Of a DNA stretch of 64,000 nt, positions 1-12,311 are shown piece by piece. Each line of letters begins with the position of its first letter. Positions within the stretch are counted from its first letter, which is position 1. Where the stretch lies: assembly GCA_037379345.1 (NCBI GenBank), contig CM074513.1, positions 43,379,195 through 43,443,194 of the forward strand, read 5' to 3'. The position numbers were made by a program, and so were the translations under genes. The notes under the pieces were generated by a model. The model searched no databases and was not told the DNA's origin. It saw only the letters and a list, made by a program, of their open reading frames with translations. The DNA is from Perna viridis. Lineage: Eukaryota.

Positions 1-3000
1 CGATCTTGGTATATAATACGTCTGGGAGAAACGTGTATCTATAGGAAATGAAAGGCTGCCTCCACTCTTTGAACTGTTCCCGACTATTAGTGTATTTAGA
101 CTTTTACAAATGAATAATATATGTACAACATTATCACCGCAAATAACACCTGTCCCTTGTGGGCAAGAATCACACTCCAAATCCCAATCTTACGTAACAA
201 GTCCCCTTAATTTGATAATGGATAATTAATGGTTGTTTGCAGGTGTTAAAAATTCTATAAAAATTATGATACACATTTTTTACACGATGAAGTCGGAGGA
301 AGAAAGGGTAGGCTGTCATATTGAACAATGTCGACCATTTACGGTGGAATTGGGTTAACAAGGGCTCTCATGGAAAGGCAGACTAGGTTATCTAATATGT
401 CTAACGGTATTTAGAAAAGGTGCATGTTATAGAAACCAATTCTGTAAAGTATTAGTCTAAATACTTTAGAAATTAATTGTTCGTTTTTATGCAGAAAAGA
501 CAAATTTTATAAACAGCAAACGTGATTCATTATATCTTTTTACATCTACTAAGTTTTTGGTACAGTAAAACTTAATACCAACAAATTACAAGACAAATAC
601 GATAAAGGTCAACCAAACTTTGCAAAGATACAAGTTACACAATATTTATATAAACAATATTGTAATGACTAGGGCGGTCTTACCCTGGGGTGTCTGTTAA
701 CACTAGCGATACCTATCTTTAACATGTTTGTTAAAATCTTCAAATATTTTGTCAAATTGATTGATCTTATTTGTATTAAACTGCTAACATCAAAAGGACA
801 ACAAATACCGTTAGACAATAACATAGATGTCTCCATCATGTTTACTCAATCATGGGAGGCTAACTTTTCATCATTTCACCTTCGAAATTTCATATATTTT
901 TTATGAGACGATATGTGCACTTAAAAAATCCTTCACTCCATGAATTTTGTTGGGCTCCTAAAACTGCAAATTTCAATTTTGTATATCTTTCATTTCTTGC
1001 AAATTGCACTTTTGACCATAGTTCGTATTATAAATAGTGACTTGTACCGTGAACATCTGGGTGCAGAAACTAGCATATTTCCTTGTTATCCTATTGCTGT
1101 TTCAACATTTTTAACACTTTTAGAAGCCATTAGTCCAAATGTAAAGAGTGTTATAGAACTATTTACAAATAAAGGAAAAAATGATTTTTTTTTCACATTG
1201 TATACGTTTTATTACGTCAATAATCGACCAAAAATAAATATTAGTACTCGAGGCTTTAAGTTTAGAGCATCTATATCTAAACAATACAAATATTTTCATA
1301 TCTAATGTTTTCTCTTTTATGTAGACCAAAAATCCAACGGAGTGAAAGGTCTTATAAGTGGGGATTACGACACCCCACAAACCTTTGATATACGAACCAT
1401 GAGGAGAGTCGCTTACCATTGTTTTATATCAGAACGTACTAACATGCATTCAAGGCAATTTAAGACAGAATAAGTAGTGTGGATTATAACACTTTTAACT
1501 TGAGAATTCTCTTCGGAAATGATATAAAATAAATTGTTATGATTTTACTTATCAAAGGTGAAAATCGTGCGTAAAATAGGGTCGAAATCAGAGGGAAACA
1601 AACAGAACGTCGCTCTCCTTTCTTTAAGTCAACATCGTTCGTGTTTAGAGATAAAAGGGAAAGTAGACTTTATCTGTCTCATATCGCGCAAATTTGTCTC
1701 TAAAGATAATATAATTTGTTTTTAATAGGCAGGGTTCTCAAAAGCACCTTTCCGATAAATTCCGGAGTGTAGTCGACGTACCCGTTTACGCCGGAATGTA
1801 AACTACCTGAGTTTCGCAGTCGATGAAGAAAGACCGATCAGTAAGGGATTCGGTCGTTTTATGTCGCCTGCTTGTCTCTATTGAACGTTATCAATTTAGA
1901 AGCAGGCCACGAGTCAAAATCTTTTTATATGGATACGAAAACAATTTAAAAGAATGTTCCAAGGGTGAAGTTTTTTCGTGTGAGGTTGGACTTGTATACT
2001 ATAACGTCTCTCAGACTAGTAGTGGTCGTTAATATAAAATTTTCGAATAGGTGTAAAACGTTTTACCACCTTCTACCTTTAATAATTTAAAAGTAAATCG
2101 TATCAAAAATTGTTTAATAATTGGTCGTATCCTTGTCTTTAGAAATAATCTCCATGTAACTGACCATCATTTTACGTGAATGGTCAGGAATTAACACCTG
2201 ATGGTCGCCGTTATTTTAGATAAATGGTTTAAAGCTTTATTATAGAATTGTGACTTTTTGCTTTTGAATAGTAGTAATTTTTCGTACAATATGATTATGG
2301 CCTGACTAAGCTACATTGCACAAGACTGTTTTATTCAAAACCACTAGAAAAAGGTTTGGCAGAAATGGTCAAATAATATTTCTGTAGATGATCAGAGAAA
2401 TAAGATTTCTGAAGTGTGGTGCATTCAAGAAATTTGACTGGCGAAGTAAAGACGGTCGCTATTGTGCGTTAATATGAGTATGTGAGGGAATATATAGGCT
2501 GATTCATTACATTACTATTTTTTTCTGTATGTTCTAGTTTCATTTTAAATTTATTAAATAATCGGCTTTATTCCTCGATAAAAAATGAGGTCTATGATAA
2601 ATCTTTCTACGAGGAGCGAAAGTTTTGTAAACAACTTATTCATAATTTTTATAAAGCATGTAGTAACCTTTCCTGACGTGTGAAAATATCAAAAATCAAT
2701 ATTTGATATTTGTATGACACCCAGATAAAGTACTGATAATTTTGACATCTCTGAGTCTTGGCGGCGTGTCATCTGTGTATTACCTCTCGCCGATATATCT
2801 ATCACTTTATTTAATTATCCTGCACGTATGTATACCAATGATTAACAAGTCCATTTAATTCACTGTGGCTGTTTTATTATTATTGGTATCTGACGGTTAT
2901 TTTGTATCTGCATTTCTATCAAGGAACATGATTTTTGACATTTATCTAATTATTTGATATTTTATAGTGATAATATTATGGTTTTATATTTCGTATTTGG

Positions 3001-4531
3001 TCGCAGGCAACATTATGAATGATGACTTTTATGCAAAGTTGTAATGGCACAGTGTACTATGAAGGCACAGCAGAAATATAAACAAAAAATGCAGTCGTTT
3101 ATATTTTTTTGCATATTCTATTATTTATATGGTCTGTTGTAGAAAGAAAGAGAAAAACAGATATGTATATTTTTTTATTTTGTTCAGGAGAAATTTATAT
3201 CATTTATATTGGTAACATTTATATTTTTTACTAATAGTATTTCTAATAATTCATTACCATCGAAAAAGTAGAATTGTTATTTTTCTGGTAGGTTGATTTT
3301 TAATTTTTGACTATTCTCCATTTATATCTAACCACAGGTTACCAGCTACAGAAACGTAACACTCGAGTTTTCCGTAATATTAATACTTTATAAAATGAAC
3401 AACAAATCTTTATATCTAGTGAAAAAATAGTAGAATATTTTGGGACGATAATATAGTCACATAGAGCTCATTATCTTGTTTGATATAGAGATAAAGGTGT
3501 TACACATAAAAGCGTTATCCTAATTAAGGAATAATTATCAACATAAACATCGCTAATCCTAATCGTGTAAACAAACGGCGTAATCCTAATTTTATTAGAT
3601 TCGAGTAAATGTCTTTTTGGATAGTTGAAACAAGCTTATCTGGTAATTTTAACGGTTTTTGTAACAATATATTAAAGTTTCTAATCCGCACCTTAATCCA
3701 TTTTTGTGGGCACCAGAGTGAAATCTGTCTGGGGTTTTGTGTAAAGATCTGAGACATTCTCGTCAGCTGATAGAGTAGTAATTGTCAACAACAGAATATG
3801 AAAAAATATAATGAAAATTTTTCATTTACAATGTAAACACACTTTCAATTTGTCCAGTCGTTGTAGACTCGCATTACACAGGCAATTCTTATATTTTTAA
3901 AGGATAACAGAGTAGATAACAATATTTATATACATATGTATTATTTAAAATTATGACTGGGAATGTTCTGCTTCATTAAATTATAAATATATGATAAATA
4001 ACATTATATATAATATTAAAGACACAATTAGGAGTCATTCTAAATTAGCTCTATTAAAAAGCACACACAACAGTGAAAATGTTCTCAACCAATATTAAAA
4101 AAAATTCTGTCATTTTTAAAAACGAAATACAAATTTGTTTCATCTATTCTAACGGAAAATATCGTTTTTTTTTTTAACCAACAAAATTCTATCACATTGT
4201 TATTCGTTTTATATTTCAAATAACAGCAAAATATTTTATAAATTGTATCCTAACTTCTTAAACTAATTCGTATAAATTTGTCAAATTTTACTATAAAATA
4301 CAATAATTGTTAAATAAACAATGTATGTTTATTTAACAGTCTGTGGTGGCCTATACTATTGACAACAGCATCTCAATTAGAGCGAGATTTAACTGTCGAT
4401 AGATTTTTTACATGTCAATGATTGACTTACAGAACAATCTATGTTTATTCATATTCTTTTTGCCTTTATCTTGTTTTTGTGTTGTATTTTTACTCGCGCA
4501 TCAATGAATTACTCTTATCACGCCCCTTGTG

Positions 4532-4596
4532 GATATATACGCCAGTCATGTGTGGTCGATTCAGTCTTGTCAGTAGCCAATCAGAAGCTTAGATCG
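4532..4596 (+). promoter_or_regulatory. Predicted Islet core promoter: TATA-like box plus initiator (TSS ~4563)
   Basis: TATATA at 4534-4539 and Inr consensus TCAGTC at 4561-4566, with its A 29 nt after the TATA start. No ATG occurs between 4563 and the start codon at 4758. A CCAAT box (AGCCAATCAG) lies at 4575-4584. A DPE-like AGATC lies at 4591-4595, one base off the canonical spacing. Confidence 0.6.
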
Positions 4597-4757
4597 GACT
4601 ACACGGAGAATTAAGTTGTAGTTGTGTTTTCTGATAGTGTTTAATTCGCGATTTCTCTTGTGAGAAATAGGACATCTTCTTAAGATTTTAATTTTGTTTT
4701 TCTTCAATTGTTTGTTTTAAACAAATAATCAAAATTCCTCCTTCGAAAGTAGACGGA

Positions 4758-4794
4758 ATGACGGCGGATTCGCAACCCACACTTCACGTGAACA
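4758..4794 (+). CDS. ISL1: Islet LIM-homeobox transcription factor, coding exon 1 (MTADSQPTLHVN, phase 1)
   Basis: ATG at 4758 and perfect donor A|GTAAGT at 4795. Joining to exon 2 gives ...[14 protein letters not shown], matching the Islet N-terminus and its conserved phase-1 first intron. Confidence 0.8.
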
Positions 4795-4935
4795 GTAAGT
4801 CTATAAATATTTGTAATTAATAATTCCAATTATTGTAATTATGCAGAATGATTGAAAGTTCAGATGAAGCTGTAATTAATGTAATTGCTTTGGATTTTTT
4901 TGTAAGTCCAATTGTTTTTTATCTTCTATTTTCAG

Positions 4936-5125
4936 AGAAACGAAGGGTGTCTATGTGCGTCGGATGTGGTTCACAAATACACGATCAGTTTATTTTGCGT
5001 GTGGCACCGGATCTTGAGTGGCATGCATCTTGTTTGAAGTGTGTTGACTGCAGTCAGTTTTTGGATGAGAATTGCACGTGTTTCGTGCGGGATGGTAAAA
5101 CGTATTGTCGGAATGATTACGTGAG
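4936..5125 (+). CDS. ISL1: Islet coding exon 2 (LIM domain 1)
   Basis: Acceptor ttttcag| at 4935 and donor AG|GTAGGT at 5126. Encodes [63 protein letters not shown], the diagnostic Islet LIM1. Confidence 0.97.
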
Positions 5126-5588
5126 GTAGGTCCGTTTATTTTTATAAGAATGTATGTATATTTTCTCGCAATTAGGATCTAATTTGGAACATTTGGCAGT
5201 AACCACGTTAACTGATTTAAGGACAATATTCTAAATGCTACAATACTCTGTAGCATCTAAGACATTCCTATGGAAAAAATAAAATCAGGAATTTTCTCCA
5301 CATGTCATACCTTTCGTTTTTACTTGACTACATTTGAATAAACCTTAATATAAAATTTTGTTATGACTTGTAATCAAGACATGAGATTTTGCTAGAGATT
5401 AACGTGAGAAGTACCCAGAGGTTCAGTTACATGTTCCAATAAAATTATTATTGTTACCCAGAAAGTGTTGAACTACTAACTACTAATCATTGTCCAACTG
5501 AAATATATTAATACATTTTCTGTTATATTATATACAAGTACATCGTTACCACTTTGCGGTATATCAATATTTTTTACTTTCTTTTTAG

Positions 5589-5902
5589 ATTATTCGGTGC
5601 AAAGTGTGCAAAGTGTCAGCAAACATTTACCAGAAACGATTTTGTGATGCGAGCTCGCGATAATATGTACCACATAGACTGTTTCCGCTGTGTTGCTTGC
5701 AGCCGACAACTCATTCCAGGAGACGAGTTCGCGCTAAAAGAGGATGAATTATTTTGTAAAGCAGATCACGATGTTGTCGAAAGAGCATCGACAAAGGAAA
5801 ATGGAGATGACATTGTAACTCTTAGAAATACTAAAAGTGCGGATAGTATTAATAACGATAATAACAATAACAAAAAAGAAAATGGATTACATCAAAATTC
5901 AG
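5589..5902 (+). CDS. ISL1: Islet coding exon 3 (LIM domain 2 plus Asn-rich linker)
   Basis: Acceptor ctttttag| at 5588 and donor G|GTAAGG at 5903. Encodes [60 protein letters not shown], the diagnostic Islet LIM2. Confidence 0.97.
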
Positions 5903-8540
5903 GTAAGGAATAAATTCATATATGATCTACATGTTATCAATAAATAAATGATATTACTATAAAATACACCATTGTAAGTTTAGTTAACTTTGACAAGTTT
6001 ACTAAGGGTTTTTATCCCTTGCTTGCTGACTAAATTAAGGTTTTATTTAGATAGACTACACTTTAACTGACTAAGAATATGCAGAATGTCTTACAATCTG
6101 TGTCCAGATACACTGAACATGTAGAAAGATTATGGTTATAATTTACTTATCAGATAAATCTCCATGTTTAATCAGAAAGGCTGGATTGTTTATAAGTTAT
6201 AATTACAAACAAGACCAGTGACGGTCCAAACAGGATAAGACCAACCTAAAGAACCTTCAAGTTCCGACGTCGTTAGAGTTACAGGCTTACAATGTAGACG
6301 CTTTCTCTCATGATGAGCAAATTTTTTGTAAACATTTGTCTGGTTTCTTCTTTTTTTCTCTTAAAATGATGTCACAAACTTAAATTTAATGTGATTTTTA
6401 CGGAGAAAAAGAATGTGCGGTTGAAATTTTGTACAGCGTTAAATCAGCGGAATGGCATAATTTAATTGTCACCTAGTTTAACGTAAGTCTATGTTTCAAC
6501 CATATGAAGGTTATTATCAAGATCATTAGGCAATTAATTTCGGATTAAGGAACATTGAAGACTGATCTTTTATTTTCTCAAGGCATTAAATCTCTGTCAT
6601 ATTCATAAGTCCATGCAAACCCTTGTTCAGTTTACCGTTAATGTTTATTTTTCGAATTACAAGTGCCTTCTCACGATGTTTATCAATCATATTTGTTTAT
6701 CTAATCATTTTGTAATTTTGACATGACGCTAACATTATGTATAGCCTGACTTTTTTCTTTCATTTCATTTTTTCACCGGATACATAAAATCTATTTCATG
6801 AAGGAAATTCTTAAAAGACGGTTGGATTTTTTTGTATTAAATTATGACTGACGTCCCGGGTCTGATGATAATTATGGGACATTAAGTATATATAAATTGA
6901 CAGTTAAGGAACATTACTGTCCATACAAATCCCTCTAACAACTTGTACACGGAGCAAAGACTTTGTCAAGCCGACAACGATTCCGAAAATTTTATACTAC
7001 TTATTATAGTTCATTATTATTATTGCTTATACAGTAACAAGATACTCAGGCGAAATCGTAATTTACTTTATTATAATTGCAGTCGGGTTAATATTCGTTA
7101 ATATTCTTCTGATTTGTTAAAACTTTAACAATTTTGCAGTCAAATGTTCGAATCCGTTAATTAAACAGGTTTTAATTTCTTCTATTGACTATTCCTGTGT
7201 GACTGTTTGTGTTTAAGACTTCTATGTAATTTGCTAGGATGAGTAAATATGAACTACCAAATTTACATACCATACATTCAAATTAATAAATTTGCTTCTA
7301 CTTAATTACCACAGACACCGGATTTGCGGTTAAAACCTCGCATTTTAAATGACCAATCTTCAGGAAATTAAAGCCTTTAATATATACCGTTATGCCTGTC
7401 TTTTGCAGAAACCGAGAGCTAAATTATTAATGCTTAATTTTATTTTTTTGTTTTGTTTGGAGAAATTAAAATTATTATAACTAACCGTATCAATATTCTA
7501 ACCAATAAAAGGCATACTAATTTGTAACACGGGAATGCACTGCAGAAAAATATAATTATTTCAGCAAAAGGTTATCGAGGAAATACTAATTTCCGAGAAA
7601 ATTAAATTTTTGCTAAACAATAAGAATCACGCTTTCATGGACATTTGTTATTGAAACCCGACTTCATAATTTTGTCGTAAATTCAGTATTAATGTGAACA
7701 ATTGATGCATCCACACTCTTCAACAATCAATTAACAAACGTAATGGTCTCTCATCGGAATAAAATTGATATTAGAACTGATTTTTATCAAATACTTCCCA
7801 TAACGATTGCTTAGACTCACTAATGACTATTAGTTTTTATCTATTGGAAATAAATATCAATATAATTATTCAATTTCTTCCTTTTCTAATCGGACCAGAC
7901 GAAATTGAGATTCCCGTTCAAGTACACTAGAATTCATTTTTCATGGTTTTATTTCTATAAAAACGGATTAATTTGTGGTTTTGATGGGGTTTGTAAATTA
8001 TTAAATACACCGTTTGATTGTGCGATAAGCAAACACAAGACTACAGCCACAAGAGAAAACTCACAAATTTGCCAATAATACCCGACACACTCACCGAACA
8101 GAGTGATAAGTCGGTCCTAAATAATAAATGAAAGAACAGAAGAGCAAATATTCCGCAGAGAAAACTTATCGGTCAAGGAGAAAATGATGGAAAACTGCCG
8201 CAAATTAGTTAATTAAATCCCCCGCAGTTTTTAAAATTGAGAAAAACTAAAATGCTAACATCTGTCTGGTTTTTTTTCTTTAAAAAAGATTAAATTTGTA
8301 TATTTTATATTGATATGTTTTTTTTCTTCTGAACGGGAAGCATTTTTTACATTTCAGTAAAAAAAACCTGGAAAGTTTGCATTGATTACATGAATACAGC
8401 TTCGTAAGATTTTTTTTTATCTTTATTTATCAAATGCATCATATTTTTTTATATATAAAAGTAATATAATTCTCATCACCCTTATCTTGGGGAATAACTT
8501 GTGTCTAACTCCATTATATGATAATTAATTAATCTTGCAG

Positions 8541-8827
8541 GTAGCAGAGACCATAATTCTCATTCAAGTTCAAAAAGTAGCGAATCGAGGCGCAAGCCCG
8601 ACCAGAAACCTACACGTGTCAGAACTGTGCTAAATGAAAAACAGCTGCATACTCTCCGCACGTGCTACAATGCGAACCCACGTCCCGACGCATTGATGAA
8701 AGAACAATTGGTTGAGATGACAAATTTAAGTCCACGAGTAATCAGAGTCTGGTTCCAAAATAAAAGATGTAAAGATAAGAAACGAAGTATACTCATGAAA
8801 CAGATGCAGCAACAACAACAAGATAAG
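8541..8827 (+). CDS. ISL1: Islet coding exon 4 (homeodomain)
   Basis: Acceptor ttgcag| at 8540 and donor AAG|GTAGGT at 8828. Encodes [60 protein letters not shown], the Islet-class homeodomain, followed by a short poly-Q. Confidence 0.97.
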
Positions 8828-11187
8828 GTAGGTCGATATTATGTTTGTATTTTAAGCCATTAATATTTCCTATTTAGCCACTACAAAATTTTGTATGCAT
8901 TGTTTTGACTAGGCTTCATAAACGCCTTAGGACAATATTTTTTTTTATTATTGCTCATCATGTTTGCTTCTCTTCACACATCCAGTCACTCCTGATTTTA
9001 AAATCCAAACAGCTGAAAAACATGAAAACTGGCTCGGGATCACGACAGAACAGCCTTTATATTTCAATTAAACTAAAAAATGAGACAGAGAATTAATCAT
9101 AATAGAAATTCGATATTTTATATCAAAAGAACGATTTTCTCACGGACATGACAATTCTTAGTTTCCCTGTCAGGTGTGACGGTGGTCATTGATTTTATAT
9201 TATTTCTGAAACGAGCCCAAACTTTTAATTTCCGTTTTAGATCTGGAAGTGTTATTGTTGATTACTGTATCTTTTAAAAAAATTTTTCGGAAGGTTGGAC
9301 TTATTGGTGCAACGGTGAATGCAAGAATTAATTTCTGTACATTTTGACTTATTCGAAGAGCAACTCTGATGGGATTGACAAATAGCAAAATATCAAATAA
9401 GTTTAAGTTCTTTCTTTATAGAAAGAATACTGTTTAAAGAAATTATATTCTTTTATTTATTAGGAGACAGACTAAACCTTGAGCAAATGAGTAATATTAA
9501 TTTGTTTTCTTCTATAAATCATATATTTATTCCCTGCAAATCTGGTTATATTTTGTGAGACATGAGGGAAGACGAAAATTGTATTTTTTGGGGCAAATAT
9601 TCTTTGAAATCAAGTTATAATAGCGACAGAAAATAATTTAGCTTCTCTGAATGGTTTAAGGGCATCTATAAGCTATTTGCAGAGTCTAAATTTTCATCCG
9701 GATTTAATAGCAACAAATCGTTGTGTATTTGGTAATTGGGACAAGACATTCTTCTGTAATTTAAAACAATTTTCTGTTTGATCAGATCATCGTACGAATT
9801 GCTTGACAAGGAAAATACCGTTACCTTTGCTCTTGGGCACATTTTATCACGCCATGGAGTTCGATCTTCACGATAAGGGAGACACCTTTTTCATCTCGTT
9901 TCTCAGTAATTTAAGAAAATACCCGAGGGGTATCAAAAGTGTTTGTGAAAATTGGTGGTATACAAATTGTAGAGATTCATATTTCGATAAAAGTCATATA
10001 TTTATTGTAACCCAAATCTACATCTTACTTGCATAATTTTGTCATGGCAAACATATATGGAATTTTGATACAATTAAAATGATATCATTATCTATTTGAA
10101 TTTGTTCCGGTTTTCAAATACAGAGCCTTTATATTTTAACATAATTGCTGTTTTAATACTTGTAATTATTTTTGTGTTTGTAATTATTTTTATTGATAAA
10201 GTTTAAACATCAACAAGAGACATTTTACCCGATTTTTTTTAAAAAGCGTATAACTGCATCCCGTAACAAGTTGAATTGCTCTGTAAATAATTAATAAAAT
10301 ACTACGCGAGCATCATATTGAGTTCAGTTTTAAATCAAAGCAATCTCTGACAGTTATAGTCATGTTTTTCAAATGGTTTATTCAATGAATCAAGTTAAAC
10401 ACACCAGGTTTAATAATCTGTTTTTATTCATTATTCATTCTATAACTGAAGCGATTTATTGATGAGTTTAGTTGACGTTCGACTTGAGCTGAAAAGCACA
10501 TTGTCTGCGTTATATGATTGTCATCGTTCAGTTAGACAATCATTCCTAGATGGTCAATTTCGGAATGACAATAGCCTATTTATGATGAAATTCACAACAA
10601 TTGACGCAGTATTGATGTTTCAATACAATTTTCGCGCACTTGCACGTATGCTAGTTATTAGAATTTAATAACAACCTTTCGACATGGCGTTCTCCAAGTC
10701 TGCTTTATACGACGGCTAATTTCGTGTAGATTTTCTCTGATTATTAGTGTTTGTAGCTATTTAATTTCCTCAGTTTTAAACAGCTTTTCACAAGTTGAAG
10801 ACCCCCTTGTTCCGTTCCCTGCGGAAATTAAGAAAATTCTCAATTAGATTAGGACTTTTCTCCTTCATAATTAGGAGCAAATTGCAGTCCATATTACCAT
10901 TTTATTACAAATAATTTCACTTGTCTTATCACGACATTTATGTCACGAAAAACCAGCGAGACAAACAACTGCCATCATAGTTCATTTTCTACCTCAGGTT
11001 TATCGTGGTAAACATTTAGTGTGAAGCGACCACTGTTCAATTTTCCATTAAAATAATAGGAAATTCGAATTTTAAAAGATACGTCTATCACTTTGATGAT
11101 AATGAAAATTCGCACAAGAAATAAAAGGTAGCACCGAATGTGGATTATATTGATTTCCTCGTGTTCAGTCTTTGTATTCAGTTTAGT

Positions 11188-11327
11188 GTGAGCGCAATAT
11201 CATTTTTTATCAATCTTTAATGAACAAAGTGAATCCAACCCTGAAAAAAACTAACGTGAGCGCAATATCATTTTTTATCAATCTTTAATGAACAAAGTGA
11301 ATCCAACCCTGAAAAAAACTAACGTGA
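11188..11327. repeat. Perfect 68-bp tandem duplication in Islet intron 4
   Basis: GTGAGCGCAATATC...CTGAAAAAAACTAAC occurs at 11188 and 11256, followed by a third GTGA at 11324. Confidence 0.95.
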
Positions 11328-12131
11328 AGCTGTGTCAAGACTACGTATTTCTTATAAATCTGTGTCTTTGATTTCATCGTTTTTTTAATCCCATCGGAAA
11401 TCTTTATTTTCTTCAAATCCTGATATGTACCGCACTTGGTCTGTTGGAATCTGTCATGGTCTATGGAATAGACCTAGACACGGACTGTGAACAAAAAGGG
11501 AGTTCTATTATTTACAAATGCTAAACAAACACAGCGACTAACTGTTTGCTCAGGGGATTACCGAGTTATGTCAAGTGTGCAGTTTACACAACCTTAAAAT
11601 ATTCCTGCTGCTTCATAACGGTTACACAGAATTAAATCCGTGTAAACCTTTAAGCATACAATTTCCTCTCCGTCTCACGCCATTAATGATAGATCAGTTG
11701 GATACCCTAGACGAACGGCTCATCTTGCTACGACATACAAGATCACCGAAGGTCATCCAAGACCTAAAAAGGGGGCAACAAAACCATCCAAGAATACTTA
11801 CAAAACTTGAAAAATAAACATAATTTGAATTTGAATTTCAACAAAATGAGTAACACTTTGAGTAACACATCTACATTCGAGAAATGTGTAAGTGTATTAC
11901 CACTAATTACAATACCTAGCTTAGGTAATCGCTTTCCATGTGTGTGTTTGTGTTTTTTTTTGTTTTGTTTTGTTTTTTGTTTTGTTTTGTTTTTTTTTGT
12001 GTGTGGGGAGGGTAAATAATTACGTCCTCATACTAATGTTTACCTAAATATTTTACAAAGAATTTGCAGCGATAACAAATAGTTTCGGATAGTGAATGTA
12101 TGGTAGTACTTCATACTGCTTATATTTTCAG

Positions 12132-12311
12132 ACTGGAGGAAGACTTCATGGTCCACTTCAGGGAGTTCCAATGGTTGCATCTAGTCCCGTGCGACACGAG
12201 AGTCCCATGCAAGTAAACCCAGTAGAAGTTCAAAGCTATCAACCTCCATGGCAAGCTTTAAGTGACTTTGCCATGAAGAATGAAATGGAACAGCCTCCTT
12301 TCCAACAATTG
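12132..12311 (+). CDS. ISL1: Islet coding exon 5 (Lhx3/4-binding LID/LBD region)
   Basis: Acceptor ttttcag| at 12131 and donor TTG|GTGAGC at 12312. Encodes [38 protein letters not shown]...QPPFQQL, matching the conserved Islet C-terminal motif. Confidence 0.95.

Noticed and set aside
170-3757. Short ORFs upstream of Islet (e.g. 940-1305, 1159-1419, 1823-2032)
   Set aside because: No recognisable domains, and the F/I/L/K-rich composition is typical of random AT-rich DNA.
8536-8548. Tandem alternative acceptors at exon 4 (CAG GTAG CAG)
   Set aside because: The downstream AGs shift by 4 and 7 nt and would frameshift the homeodomain.
1358-11480. Small isolated hairpins (1358-1378, 2160-2187, 11452-11480)
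   Set aside because: Stems of 6-8 bp are expected by chance in 64 kb and have no supporting context.
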